This document shows, in pieces, positions 38,981-49,336 of a DNA stretch of 64,000 nucleotides. The translations under genes were made by a program, and so were the position numbers. The first letter of the stretch is position 1; each line of letters starts with the position of its first letter. Origin of the DNA: an uncultured Veillonellaceae bacterium (lineage in GTDB: Bacteria > Bacillota > Negativicutes > JARBTT01). Below the pieces are notes generated by a model. It ran no database searches, was not told where the DNA came from, and worked only from the letters and a program-made list of their open reading frames with translations. Location of the stretch: contig CAWDTA010000003.1 in assembly GCA_963805085.1 (NCBI GenBank), forward strand, positions 256,001 to 320,000, in the 5' to 3' direction.

Positions 38981-39161
38981 TAGGTTAAAACTATATGCTA
39001 TATATTTTTGTTTATTGCAAATTTCAAACTTCTTGATATGCAGTATAAAACCAAATAAATTTATTTCTGGGAATAAAGGGATATTATACAATAGAGCGAA
39101 TGAAATAAATTTAGAAAGTCAGCTTGTTAAATAAAGAGTAATGAAATGAGGAAGTGAAAGA

Positions 39162-39416
39162 ATGGTAAATTTCATTCGTGCGATTTTGGCAATAGCGGTT
39201 ATTCCTATTGGTCTGCCTGTGATGCTTATTTCATTTGATATTGTTGGTTCTTCCGGTTTAGATAATGTGTTTACCCAAATGATATTTTGGTCAATGTTTC
39301 TATTCCCTGTCTTTCTTCTGCTTGCATTTGGATTGTCTTATCGTAATACAAAATTTCTGTATTTGCCTTTAATCAATATTATTGGTTTTATAATCGGATT
39401 TTTAGGGGTGCAATAA
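39162..39416 (+). CDS. Small multi-TM membrane protein, possible immunity
   Basis: Three hydrophobic stretches. Confidence 0.6.
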   Translation: MVNFIRAILAIAVIPIGLPVMLISFDIVGSSGLDNVFTQMIFWSMFLFPVFLLLAFGLSYRNTKFLYLPLINIIGFIIGFLGVQ

Positions 39417-39538
39417 TTTATATAGAACGGATAATTAACGCTGTAAAAGAATTAGTTATTTTGAGGAAGTCTTTAATAGGAGTTAATAAAGAATCAGATA
39501 AATAGAGTATTTTTGAAACACTTTAAGGAGGAGAAAGT

Positions 39539-40105
39539 ATGAACAACCAGCAGGATCGTTATGGGGATAAATTTATACGACAGTTGATTAATTTTTTTTC
39601 TCAAGGATATATTTACTATGCCCTATTCATTTTTACAAGTACTGCTTGCTTATTATTACTTGAAGTCTCGCTAGTACTTCCAGGTCTCTTTTATAAACTT
39701 GATTCTATATTTCCTGTAAACAAACTTAGCGCAATATTCAGTGTACTATCCCTCGGATCAGCAATACTTGTATATTTTAGCACAAATATACCCAGTTCAT
39801 TTTACCAAAGCAGACTTTTTAAAAATATTTTAAAATGCTTTCGTTATTTAGTAATATTATTACTAATATGCTCGTGCCTTTTTGCCTTAGTTTCGTGTAT
39901 ACTTATGTTTTATTTTATTTACTCTCCTGTCTATTCAAAGAGTGGAAGTGAATTGACAACTATTGTATTAGGGATACTATCTCCTTTTATAGTACTTTTT
40001 TCATATATTAGTTCTTTTACATCTCAAGACAAAAATAAAATAATTTTTTTGTTATTGCCAATGGTTTTTATGGTTTTTGTATTTTCCATTGTTTCACTTG
40101 TCTAA
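39539..40105 (+). CDS. Multi-TM membrane protein, possible immunity to the lipase effector
   Basis: About five hydrophobic stretches, very AT-rich, RBS aaggagg, directly upstream of the lipase. Confidence 0.6.
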   Translation: MNNQQDRYGDKFIRQLINFFSQGYIYYALFIFTSTACLLLLEVSLVLPGLFYKLDSIFPVNKLSAIFSVLSLGSAILVYFSTNIPSSFYQSRLFKNILKCFRYLVILLLICSCLFALVSCILMFYFIYSPVYSKSGSELTTIVLGILSPFIVLFSYISSFTSQDKNKIIFLLLPMVFMVFVFSIVSLV

Positions 40106-40209
40106 TTAGGTTTTGCATCTCTAAGTCTGGAATTCAATGAGTTTATGTTAACCATTTATAAATGAAAAAAATTAAGCAGGTAATGCTGAAAGAAAAGGAG
40201 TTAAGGAGT

Positions 40210-41778
40210 ATGAACATTAGTTTTAAAGATGCTGCGCAGCTTGCGTATGCTGGCTATCAAGGTCATAGTGATCAAGTCGATGGATGGCAACTTGGTTTGC
40301 TAAATCATCCAAGTATAAAATCTACTTTTGATGATGGTGACGGTAATGGATTTTTCGGAAGCGGTACTGGTGCGTATGCAAGAGTTTATTCAAATGAAGC
40401 TATTGTGGTCATAACATTTTCTGGGACAAATACCAAAAATGACGTAAGGGATTGGCCTACTTTTGGGGCCTATCAACAAGCTGCCATGAGAAATTGGACA
40501 GATCGTATTGTACACCAAGCTATGGCAGATGGGAAAAATATAGTATTTACGGGAGATAGTCTAGGTGGGCTACTTGCTCAACGGGAACAAAGATTATACG
40601 GCGGAGACAGTATTGCTTTTAATACAGCAGGCCTCTTAAAATCTGATATAGATAAAATAAGTCAACAAAGAGATGCGTGGATTAATGGTGGAGGAGCAGC
40701 TTATGAAGGTGGCGCGCGTATATATGTGAATGCAGATGGTCAAATACTGGAGAATTTTGGCGGATACACTGGGACTGTTTATACTGTTCCAACACAAATG
40801 GGATATCAGCTACAGAGCTTATATGAAGACATGAAGATATATGGTTACGACGACGTTAGAATGGGACAAATATCAGAGCTTCAATTACGAGCACATATCG
40901 AGGGAATGGCTGAAGTAGCAAATTATATCAATATTTTTGGTGAGCCGATACTTGGCAAGTTAGATTTATCTTGGTATAAAGAACATGGATATCCAGGTGA
41001 AGGCGGTGGTACTGAAAAAGACACTGCAGATGTTTCGTTACTTATAGTAAAAGGGGAAGTGTCAGTAAAGGATTATCATAATGCCGCGGGAATAGTAGCT
41101 GCTATGAAGTTAGAGGGCAATCCAGAAGCACAAAAAGCTGTTGATACTTTTTTCGGTATGGATCGTGACAAATATAGCTTTAACCAAAACAATCTAAATA
41201 CCTTGGGCAATCTTAGAAGTATTCAAGGTGTAGCTCATGAATACCTATTGGCACCAGATGATCCAACTTTTATTGATGCAACATTAAGTTTTCAGGATAT
41301 GGCTAACGGTTATGCTTTGGAAGAGAATGAATTTGGAGTATGGTGGAGGATTACTGCATCTGGACAAGTGCATCCAGATGATGTAGACAAGTATCAGAAA
41401 CAGTATGAATATTATGAAAGATTGCATTCTGGCACCATACTTAGAGCGCTACCGCCAGAAGAAGCGTTTAAGTTTAAAAGGAAGGAACACGAAAATTCTG
41501 ATTATATTCATATAGCAGACTTGCCCAATTCTATCAAGAAAGAGAGTATTGGTACTGACTTTGAAGATATTGTAGCAGCTCTAGGAGGAATAAAGGATAC
41601 ACGGAATAATGTTTTTGGAAATTTTGCCAGTTTCGGAGCAGATATACCAAAAGGAGTAGGTTTAGGAAAGATGGGAGTCAGTATTCTTGGTGAAGAAGCT
41701 GACCTATTTAAGGATGCTATTAATACTGGAGAATTTAAGGCGTTATTTGAGTCTATGCAATTAAGAAATGACGAATAA
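40210..41778 (+). CDS. Alpha/beta-hydrolase (lipase) effector carrying the shared HPDD module
   Basis: VITFSGT, FTGDSLGG nucleophile elbow, AFN.AG; 41212-41412 homologous to toxins 2 and 3; start ATG 40210 after aaggag. Confidence 0.72.
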   Translation: MNISFKDAAQLAYAGYQGHSDQVDGWQLGLLNHPSIKSTFDDGDGNGFFGSGTGAYARVYSNEAIVVITFSGTNTKNDVRDWPTFGAYQQAAMRNWTDRIVHQAMADGKNIVFTGDSLGGLLAQREQRLYGGDSIAFNTAGLLKSDIDKISQQRDAWINGGGAAYEGGARIYVNADGQILENFGGYTGTVYTVPTQMGYQLQSLYEDMKIYGYDDVRMGQISELQLRAHIEGMAEVANYINIFGEPILGKLDLSWYKEHGYPGEGGGTEKDTADVSLLIVKGEVSVKDYHNAAGIVAAMKLEGNPEAQKAVDTFFGMDRDKYSFNQNNLNTLGNLRSIQGVAHEYLLAPDDPTFIDATLSFQDMANGYALEENEFGVWWRITASGQVHPDDVDKYQKQYEYYERLHSGTILRALPPEEAFKFKRKEHENSDYIHIADLPNSIKKESIGTDFEDIVAALGGIKDTRNNVFGNFASFGADIPKGVGLGKMGVSILGEEADLFKDAINTGEFKALFESMQLRNDE

Positions 41779-41802
41779 TGCTAAAATAAAGCAATGTAAC
41801 TT

Positions 41803-41848
41803 TACCCTCTATATCTGATTAGACAGAGATGTAGAGGGTATTTTTTTA
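41803..41848 (+). terminator. Terminator at the right border of the island
   Basis: taccctctatatct...agatgtagagggta followed by a T-run. Confidence 0.75.
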
Positions 41849-41982
41849 TTAGATATTTAGGTACAGTTAACATACAAAAAACTTCCTAACAGGTTTGAAT
41901 TTTTATAGTTCAATGCTTACCTGTTAGGAAGTTTTTTTATTTTTACATAAATTTTTATAGAGTATTTGGTGTGAGAGGTCGA

Positions 41983-42690
41983 TTATCCTAAGATGTAATC
42001 AATATCCTGCGTTAAATCGGCGACTGTACCGACGTAATCAGCTTGGACTTTTATGTTTTGACGATTGAGTATATAGTCAGTTAATAGATAAGTTTTCATC
42101 CCTATTTTGCCAGCGGCTAGGTCTTCAGAGACATCGTTGCCTATCATTAGGCATTCTTCTGGTTTTACACCGAGGGTATCGGCTATTTCCTGAAAATATT
42201 GTAGGCTCGGTTTGCAATAATGACTACTTTCGTAGGTGGTGATCAATTGGAAATCAATATCTTGTAAACCAGCCCAAGCAAGACGGTTTTTTACAGCTTT
42301 GATTGGAAAGACTGGATTGGTAGCAACAGTGATGGGAATATTTTTGCTAATAATTTTGCGGATGATTGGTAGAATTTCCGGAACGCTAACCATTTCTTTT
42401 AATTGTTCAAAATCGTTATCGTAGAAACTTTCAATTAGTGGATCAAGAGTCTCTTTAGGTAGTTTTGCATTTGTATTTAAGTATTCCCAAAAGACTTCAG
42501 CATTTGTTTTACTGCCATCCGTACTTTGAATCATAAGGCCTGTGGCGGTAAGAAGTTGCTCGCTAAATTTTATCGGATCAGTAAGGTGCGCTAACTTTTT
42601 GCTAAGTAAGCTAACATAGTTTTTTACAAATAAGACATGATCAAAGTGTATGAGTGTGCCATCTAAATCAAATAGAACATGTTTAATCAT
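41983..42690 (-). CDS. HAD-superfamily hydrolase
   Basis: FDLDGTL, ATNP, KP, IGND..ED. Confidence 0.92.
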   Translation of the reverse strand: MIKHVLFDLDGTLIHFDHVLFVKNYVSLLSKKLAHLTDPIKFSEQLLTATGLMIQSTDGSKTNAEVFWEYLNTNAKLPKETLDPLIESFYDNDFEQLKEMVSVPEILPIIRKIISKNIPITVATNPVFPIKAVKNRLAWAGLQDIDFQLITTYESSHYCKPSLQYFQEIADTLGVKPEECLMIGNDVSEDLAAGKIGMKTYLLTDYILNRQNIKVQADYVGTVADLTQDIDYILG

Positions 42691-42719
42691 AAGGCTCCTC
42701 CAGAAAATAAATTTACCAT

Positions 42720-43475
42720 TTAATAAATAATTTTAATGTTATGCTTTTTGAAAAATTCTAGCCATTCTAGAGAGGGTTCTATATCTGTTACAACATAGTG
42801 AATAGAGCTAAAGTCTAATGTTTTAGTGAAAGCTGTTTTGTTGAATTTCGAATGATCGGCTAATAATAGCACTTTTTCTGCTTGGTTCACCATTTTTTGT
42901 TTTAGTTCACTTTCGGCTTCGTTAGACTCCATAATACCTTTATCCATACACAAACCCTTACAACTAATAATTGCAATATCAACAAAATAATTGGATAAAG
43001 CAGAACTAGCTGCCGCGCCTGTTAAAGCAAAAGAATGCGAGCGAAGGGATCCACCACTAGAGATGATATTAAAGTTTGAATTGATAAAATCATAAACCAG
43101 TTTAACAGAATTGGTAATGATCGTCAGATCCTGTTTACTTGTTAATAGATTCATTAATACTAAGCTAGTCGTACTAGAATCGACCATGAGTGTATCTCCA
43201 TCATTGATTAAGTTTGCGGCTTTATTAGCAATTTTTTGCTTACTTTGTAAGTTAATGGATGTACGTTTAGGAAATGAAATATCTTCAATTGTATGTTCTT
43301 TTAAAACTGCTCCACCATAACTTCGGTTTAGTTTACCTTCTTTTTCTAGTTTTTCTAAATCGCGACGAACTGTTTCTTCAGTTACTTGAAAAAGTTCACT
43401 TAGCGCAGAAACATATACCTTACGGTCTTGCTGCAGATACTCCATGATTTTTTGGCGACGCTCTATTCCTAAAAT
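42720..43475 (-). CDS. DeoR/GlpR-family regulator of the rhamnose locus (probable ATT start)
   Basis: VTEETVRRDL HTH, DSSTT, TNS, DHSKF; frame extends to (I)LGIERRQKI behind AAGGAGG. Confidence 0.88.
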   Translation of the reverse strand: MLGIERRQKIMEYLQQDRKVYVSALSELFQVTEETVRRDLEKLEKEGKLNRSYGGAVLKEHTIEDISFPKRTSINLQSKQKIANKAANLINDGDTLMVDSSTTSLVLMNLLTSKQDLTIITNSVKLVYDFINSNFNIISSGGSLRSHSFALTGAAASSALSNYFVDIAIISCKGLCMDKGIMESNEAESELKQKMVNQAEKVLLLADHSKFNKTAFTKTLDFSSIHYVVTDIEPSLEWLEFFKKHNIKIIY

Positions 43476-43902
43476 AAGAATTCCTCCTTGATATCCAGAT
43501 AAACAAAGAAAAACAAAAGTTCTACTTCTTTATGGAGTTAATCATAATAAAAACGATAAAATCTTTATAATTTTAGTATACAATCAATTGAATAAAAAGA
43601 CAAATGAACAAAAATAAAGAAATTATAAATAAATTTTTATAATAATGTAAACCGATAAAAGGTTTTTATTATAACAACAGACGACAATAAAGAAAAAAAT
43701 AAAGAGAAACACAGAAAAAAATATTGTTTTATCTTTATTGCTGTGGTAATATTAAAACAACAAAGCAAATAACAGTAAATCAAAGATAAAAACATAACTG
43801 ATTTTAAACAAATCAACATAAACTAACAAAGTTATAATAAATCAGTTAAATATTTTGTTAAATCATCGCTTTGTAACGATATTTACGGATGGGGAGGTTC
43901 GA

Positions 43903-45306
43903 ATGAAAACATGTTATTTGGCAATTGATATAGGAGCATCGAGTGGACGGCATATTTTAGGATGGCTTGAAAATGGCAAGGTATGTATTGAAGAAATTTA
44001 TCGTTTTGAAAATAAATTGATAGAACGAAATGAACATCTTTGTTGGGATTTAGAAAAGCTATTTGCTGAAGTTGTTGAAGGAATCAAATGTTGTAAAAAA
44101 TATCATCGGATTCCCGTAAGTGTTGGTATTGATACTTGGGGAGTAGATTTTGTCTTACTTGATGGAGAAAACAAAATCTTAGGTGATACAGTAGCCTATC
44201 GTGATAAACGGACCAATGGTATTGATGTTGAAGTTTATAAAATTATCAAAGAAGCAGATATTTATAGCCGAAATGGCATCCAAAAGCAATTATTTAATTC
44301 AATATATCAATTATATGCAATAAAATTGCAAAATTCAGAATTTTTAGCTAGGGCAAACAGTTTCTTGATGATTCCAGACTATTTAAATTTTTTATTAACA
44401 GGTAAAAAGGTCAATGAATATACCAATGCGACGACCACGCAGTTGGTGCATGCGGATACGCAGGATTGGGATTGGAATTTGATTGATCAACTTGGCTTGC
44501 CAAGAAAAATTTTTGGGGCGCTTAAATTACCGAAAGATTCGGTTGGCAATTTCTCAGCACAAATTCAGAGTAAGGTTGGCTTCGATGCTGAAGTAGTACT
44601 TCCTGCGACACATGATACAGGTTCAGCAGTATTATCTGTTCCAGCCAATGATGATGATTATATTTATTTAAGTTCGGGAACCTGGTCCTTGATGGGCGTT
44701 GAACGTAAAATACCAGATTGTACAGAAAAAAGCAGAGTAAGAAACTTTACGAATGAAGGTGGCTACCATTATCGCTACCGTTATTTGAAAAATATTATGG
44801 GGCTATGGATGATGCAGTCTATCCGTAAAGAATTTAAGCATAACTATAGTTTTTCGGATCTATTTACTTTAGCAAAAATAGGGGATTACTTTACATCGGT
44901 TGTTGATGTAAATGATCCACTTTTCTTGGCACCAAAGTCTATGATTGAAGCACTGCAAGAATATTGTGAACGTACGAAACAAGAAAAGCCAGAAACGGAA
45001 TGTGAGATACTAGCGTGTGTTTATCGGAGTCTAGCAAAGAGTTATGCGGAAACTGTAAAAGAAATTGAGCATATTACAGGAAAAAAATATACGAGAATTC
45101 ACATTGTCGGTGGTGGATCACAAGACCTTTATCTCAATAAACTGACGGCACTTTACACGGAAAAAGAAGTATATGCAGGTCCTGTGGAAGCAACCGCATT
45201 AGGGAATATTATGGCGCAAATGTTAAAAAACAAAGAGTTAGAAAATCTTATCGAAGCTAGAGAAACAATCAAAAGATCCTTTGATATTAAAAAAGTTGGA
45301 GTGTGA
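43903..45306 (+). CDS. rhaB: Rhamnulokinase
   Basis: AIDIGASSGR, IDTWGVDF, THDTGSAV, SSGTWSL, GPVEATALGN. Confidence 0.93.
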   Translation: MKTCYLAIDIGASSGRHILGWLENGKVCIEEIYRFENKLIERNEHLCWDLEKLFAEVVEGIKCCKKYHRIPVSVGIDTWGVDFVLLDGENKILGDTVAYRDKRTNGIDVEVYKIIKEADIYSRNGIQKQLFNSIYQLYAIKLQNSEFLARANSFLMIPDYLNFLLTGKKVNEYTNATTTQLVHADTQDWDWNLIDQLGLPRKIFGALKLPKDSVGNFSAQIQSKVGFDAEVVLPATHDTGSAVLSVPANDDDYIYLSSGTWSLMGVERKIPDCTEKSRVRNFTNEGGYHYRYRYLKNIMGLWMMQSIRKEFKHNYSFSDLFTLAKIGDYFTSVVDVNDPLFLAPKSMIEALQEYCERTKQEKPETECEILACVYRSLAKSYAETVKEIEHITGKKYTRIHIVGGGSQDLYLNKLTALYTEKEVYAGPVEATALGNIMAQMLKNKELENLIEARETIKRSFDIKKVGV

Positions 45307-45309
45307 TAC

Positions 45310-46554
45310 ATGATGACAAGATTTGAATCAGCAAAAGAAATGTATAAAAATATTGGTGTCGATGTGGATGCCGCACTTGAAAAATTAGCAAAAGTAAAAA
45401 TTTCGATGCATTGTTGGCAAGGCGATGATGTTGCAGGTTTTGAACACGCAGCAAGTTTATCCGGTGGGATTCAGGCAACAGGAAATTATCCAGGTAAAGC
45501 AAGAAATCCAGAAGAGTTAATGGCCGATATTGATAAAGCATTGAGTTTAATTCCAGGAAAACATAGAATTAATCTTCATGCATGCTATGCGATTACTGAT
45601 GAAAAAGTAGATCGTGATAAATTAGAACCAAAACATTTCGCGAAATGGGTTGAATTTGCTAAAACAAGAGGCTTGGGACTAGACTTCAATCCAACGCTGT
45701 TTTCACATCAAAAAGCAGCAGATGGGTTAACTCTATCACATCCAAACCCTGAAATTCGCAAATTTTGGATAGAACATTGCAAAGCTTCTAGAAGAATTGC
45801 CGCATATATAGGAAAAGAACTTGGATCACCTTGTTTAAATAATATTTGGATTCCAGACGGCTATAAAGATGTTCCAGCAGATCGTTTTAGCCCTAGAAAA
45901 CGTTTAAAAGAGTCTTTGGATGAAATATTTGCTGAAAAGCTCGATGCGAGATATATCGTTGACAGTGTAGAATCAAAAGTATTTGGTATCGGCGTAGAAT
46001 CTTATACTGTAGGTTCACATGAATTCTATATGAATTATGCAGCAAAAAATAATGTGCTTTGCTTATTGGATAATGGTCATTATCATCCAACAGAAATGGT
46101 TTCTGATAAAATTCCTTCCATGTTACTATTTGCTGATCAATTAGCCTTGCATGTAACCCGCCCAGTACGTTGGGATAGTGATCATGTTGTATTATTCAAT
46201 GATGAATTAAAAGAAATTGCCAAAGAAATTGTGCGATGCGATGCGTTAGATCGTGTGCTGATTGGTCTAGATTTCTTCGATGCTAGTATCAACCGTATTT
46301 CTGCATGGGTTGTTGGTATGCGCAATATGCAAAAAGCATTGCTTGCGGCACTATTAACACCATATGCTGAATTTGCTAAATTTCAAAATGATGGTAGATT
46401 CTATGAACTGATGGCCTTGCAAGAAGAAATAAAAATTTATCCAATCGGTGACATTTGGAATCATTTCTGTGAAATGAACAAAGTACCAGAGATGCAAAAC
46501 TGGCTCCCAGAAATCAGAAAATATGAAGAAAATGTGCAGATGAAAAGAGGGTAA
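45310..46554 (+). CDS. rhaA: L-rhamnose isomerase
   Basis: [32 protein letters not shown]. Confidence 0.96.
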   Translation: MMTRFESAKEMYKNIGVDVDAALEKLAKVKISMHCWQGDDVAGFEHAASLSGGIQATGNYPGKARNPEELMADIDKALSLIPGKHRINLHACYAITDEKVDRDKLEPKHFAKWVEFAKTRGLGLDFNPTLFSHQKAADGLTLSHPNPEIRKFWIEHCKASRRIAAYIGKELGSPCLNNIWIPDGYKDVPADRFSPRKRLKESLDEIFAEKLDARYIVDSVESKVFGIGVESYTVGSHEFYMNYAAKNNVLCLLDNGHYHPTEMVSDKIPSMLLFADQLALHVTRPVRWDSDHVVLFNDELKEIAKEIVRCDALDRVLIGLDFFDASINRISAWVVGMRNMQKALLAALLTPYAEFAKFQNDGRFYELMALQEEIKIYPIGDIWNHFCEMNKVPEMQNWLPEIRKYEENVQMKRG

Positions 46555-47379
46555 TTGGATATGAAAGTAACTGAAGCTAAATTTGTTGAAGGATTTATCA
46601 GAGTAACAGATGATGCATTTAAAAAAGGCTGGCATGAAAGAAATGGTGGAAATTTTAGTTACAGAATCAAGCCAGAAGAAATTGAAGTAATAAGAGGAGA
46701 TTTAAAACCAGCAAGGTCTTGGCAGCCCATTGGTGTAGATGTACCAAATTTAGCTGGTGAATACTTTTTGGTAACCGGTAGCGGTAAATATATGCGCAAT
46801 GTAATCCTTTGTCCAGAAGATAATATCGCAATTGCGTTAATTGATGAAAAAGGTGAAAACTACAGTATTGTTTGGGGCCTGGAACATGGCGGCTCTCCAA
46901 CAAGTGAGTTTCCAACACATTTGATGAATCACAGCATCAAAAAAGATTTAACTGGTGGCAAACATCGCGTTATTTATCATTCGCATCCAGTCAATATCAT
47001 CGCATTGACCTTTGTATTGCCATTAGAAGATAAAGTATTTACACGTGAGATGTGGGAGATGATGACAGAATGTCCTGTGATCTTCCCGCGTGGTATCGGT
47101 GTGGTGTCTTGGATGGTACCTGGCGGTCGTGATATCGCGATTGCAACGAGTGAATTGATGAAAAAATACGATGTGGTAATTTGGGCACATCATGGAATAT
47201 TCTGCTCTGGTGAAGATTTTGATTTGACCTTTGGCTTAATGGATACCGTAGAAAAGTCAGCTGAAATCTGCATAAAAGTATTGTCTATGGGAGGGAAAAA
47301 ACAGACGATTAGCAGCCAAAACTTCCGGGATTTAGCGAAAGAGTTTAAGATTGATTTAAATGAAGAATTTTTAGATTAA
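46555..47379 (+). CDS. rhaD: Rhamnulose-1-phosphate aldolase
   Basis: GWHERNGGN, PTSE.PTH, W.HHG. Confidence 0.95.
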   Translation: MDMKVTEAKFVEGFIRVTDDAFKKGWHERNGGNFSYRIKPEEIEVIRGDLKPARSWQPIGVDVPNLAGEYFLVTGSGKYMRNVILCPEDNIAIALIDEKGENYSIVWGLEHGGSPTSEFPTHLMNHSIKKDLTGGKHRVIYHSHPVNIIALTFVLPLEDKVFTREMWEMMTECPVIFPRGIGVVSWMVPGGRDIAIATSELMKKYDVVIWAHHGIFCSGEDFDLTFGLMDTVEKSAEICIKVLSMGGKKQTISSQNFRDLAKEFKIDLNEEFLD

Positions 47380-47507
47380 TGAGATAGCCTGCTGGATTAT
47401 TCGAAAGAATATCTGGTAAGGCTACCTTTCCAAATGTGAATTATCTGTAAATTTGCTATTTTTTGAATTATATAAATAAATTTATAAAGAATGGAAGGGA
47501 TTTTACA

Positions 47508-48836
47508 ATGACAACAAAAGAACCTTCAGCGTGGAAAAAGACGATTATAGCTGCAATGACAAGTTATATTGATGCTGGTTCAATCGTAGCTGGAGCTGCA
47601 GGCTTAAGTTTATGGCAGGCGTATCTCGGCATGGATGGGGCTCAGATTGGTTGGCTAGGTGCTTTAAGTTCAAATGCCGGATCAGCAGCTGTTGGTGCGT
47701 TGATCGGTGGTCGTCTCTGCGATAAATATGGGCGTAAGTTTGTTTATACGTATGACTTATTGGTTTATATCCTTGGTATGTTATTGATTGTATTTGGTGT
47801 GAATTATGCAATGTTAATTGGGGGTTATATTATTGTAGGCCTTGGAGTAGGTGCTGATGTAGTAGCTTCATGGACAATGATTGCAGAACAGGCTCCAGCA
47901 GAAGATCGGGCTAAGCATTGTGGTAGTGCGCAATTTGCCTGGGCGCTTGGGCCAGCAGTTGTATTGCTATTATCCGTACTTTTAAGTGATTATGGACTTC
48001 TTGGTAATCGTATTGTTTTTGGACATTTAATTTTAGTAGCACTTTGGGTATGGTACCAACGTCTACAGATGCCTGAGTCGGATGATTGGAAAGCAGCAAA
48101 ATTAAAAGAACAACAAATGATTGCAGAGGGGAAGATTGAGAAAATTTCTTATAGCGTGTTGCTTAAAGGGGTAAATCTCAAAACTGTACTTTTTCTTTGC
48201 GGGGTATATGTAATTTGGAATATGTGTGCTGGAACATGGGGATTTTTTATGCCATATATTTTTGAAAATGTTGGTAAGTTAACCAATGCACAATCGAATA
48301 CGATGCAAATTGGATCTTTTGTGATTTCCACTTTATCCACGTATTTTATTTTCATGAAATTGGGTGACCGAGTAAATCGTCGCTGGTTATACTTTATTAT
48401 TGGAGCGTTATATGTGATTGGTTGGTCTGTATGGTTATTACCAGCATCCGCTATGTCGATGAGTCTACTCATTATGTTTACTGTATTTTCTGGAATTAAT
48501 AATGGTTCTGGACAGCAGGCTTTTTATCAATTATGGTGTAGCGAATTATTTCCGGCACGTTATAGAGCAACAGCACAAGGACTTACGTTTTTTGCAGCTC
48601 GTATTTTGGTTGCGGTCTGGGCATATTGCGTACCTGTAATTATGGAGTCTGTAGGCTTTGGTCTGGCAGCTGGTATCATCGTTGCTTTCGCGACAATAAG
48701 CTTACTAATCGGTACAATATGGACACCAGATACCAGTGGTAAAACGCTTGAACAAATTGAATTTGAGCGATATGGAACACTTGAACAGCAAGATAAAGAC
48801 AGTGTGAATGGTCAGGCAGCTGCTAACTTAAAATAA
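47508..48836 (+). CDS. MFS sugar transporter, probable L-rhamnose uptake (IolF-like)
   Basis: DKYGRK motif A, ELFP..YRATAQG; inside the rha cluster. Confidence 0.85.
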   Translation: MTTKEPSAWKKTIIAAMTSYIDAGSIVAGAAGLSLWQAYLGMDGAQIGWLGALSSNAGSAAVGALIGGRLCDKYGRKFVYTYDLLVYILGMLLIVFGVNYAMLIGGYIIVGLGVGADVVASWTMIAEQAPAEDRAKHCGSAQFAWALGPAVVLLLSVLLSDYGLLGNRIVFGHLILVALWVWYQRLQMPESDDWKAAKLKEQQMIAEGKIEKISYSVLLKGVNLKTVLFLCGVYVIWNMCAGTWGFFMPYIFENVGKLTNAQSNTMQIGSFVISTLSTYFIFMKLGDRVNRRWLYFIIGALYVIGWSVWLLPASAMSMSLLIMFTVFSGINNGSGQQAFYQLWCSELFPARYRATAQGLTFFAARILVAVWAYCVPVIMESVGFGLAAGIIVAFATISLLIGTIWTPDTSGKTLEQIEFERYGTLEQQDKDSVNGQAAANLK

Positions 48837-48941
48837 TACTGCATTTTAAGGAAGAGGAAGAGACGATTTTAAATTTATTAAGTTAGAACGGCTTTTTCTG
48901 ATATAAGTAAAATTAAAAATCGTAAAATAGGGGAGATTTAT

Positions 48942-49259
48942 ATGGAAAGGTATGCTTGGAAGGCAATTGTACACGATAATAAGTTGCTAGAATATAAGAA
49001 ACGTCACGATGAAATTTGGCCAGAAATGAAAGAGCTATTGAAATCAGCCGGGATTTGTAATTATTCCATTTGGAATGTTGGCCATGAATTATTTGGCTAC
49101 TACGAATGTGAAAAGGGGGCTGATTATGCCGCGAAAGTGCAGTCGGAAAGTCAGATTGTTGATAAATGGAATGAATATATGAAAGATGTTATGACGATGG
49201 AGATGGATACAGAGACTGGTGCGCAACCTCAATTGAAAGAAATGTTTTATTTAAAATAA
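48942..49259 (+). CDS. rhaM: L-rhamnose mutarotase
   Basis: EYKKRHDEIWPE, NYSIW, W.EYM.D.M. Confidence 0.93.
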   Translation: MERYAWKAIVHDNKLLEYKKRHDEIWPEMKELLKSAGICNYSIWNVGHELFGYYECEKGADYAAKVQSESQIVDKWNEYMKDVMTMEMDTETGAQPQLKEMFYLK

Positions 49260-49284
49260 TAAGAAAGAACCTCGTTGCCATAAA

Positions 49285-49336
49285 AAACCTGACCCCCATA
49301 AGCTAGATTTAGGTCTAACTTATGGGGGTCAGTTCA
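49285..49336. mobile_element. Miniature IS3-like inverted-repeat remnant nested in a terminator hairpin
   Basis: cctgacccccataagctag ... ctaacttatgggggtcagttca, flanked by gaacctcgttg / cgacgaggttc. Confidence 0.5.
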
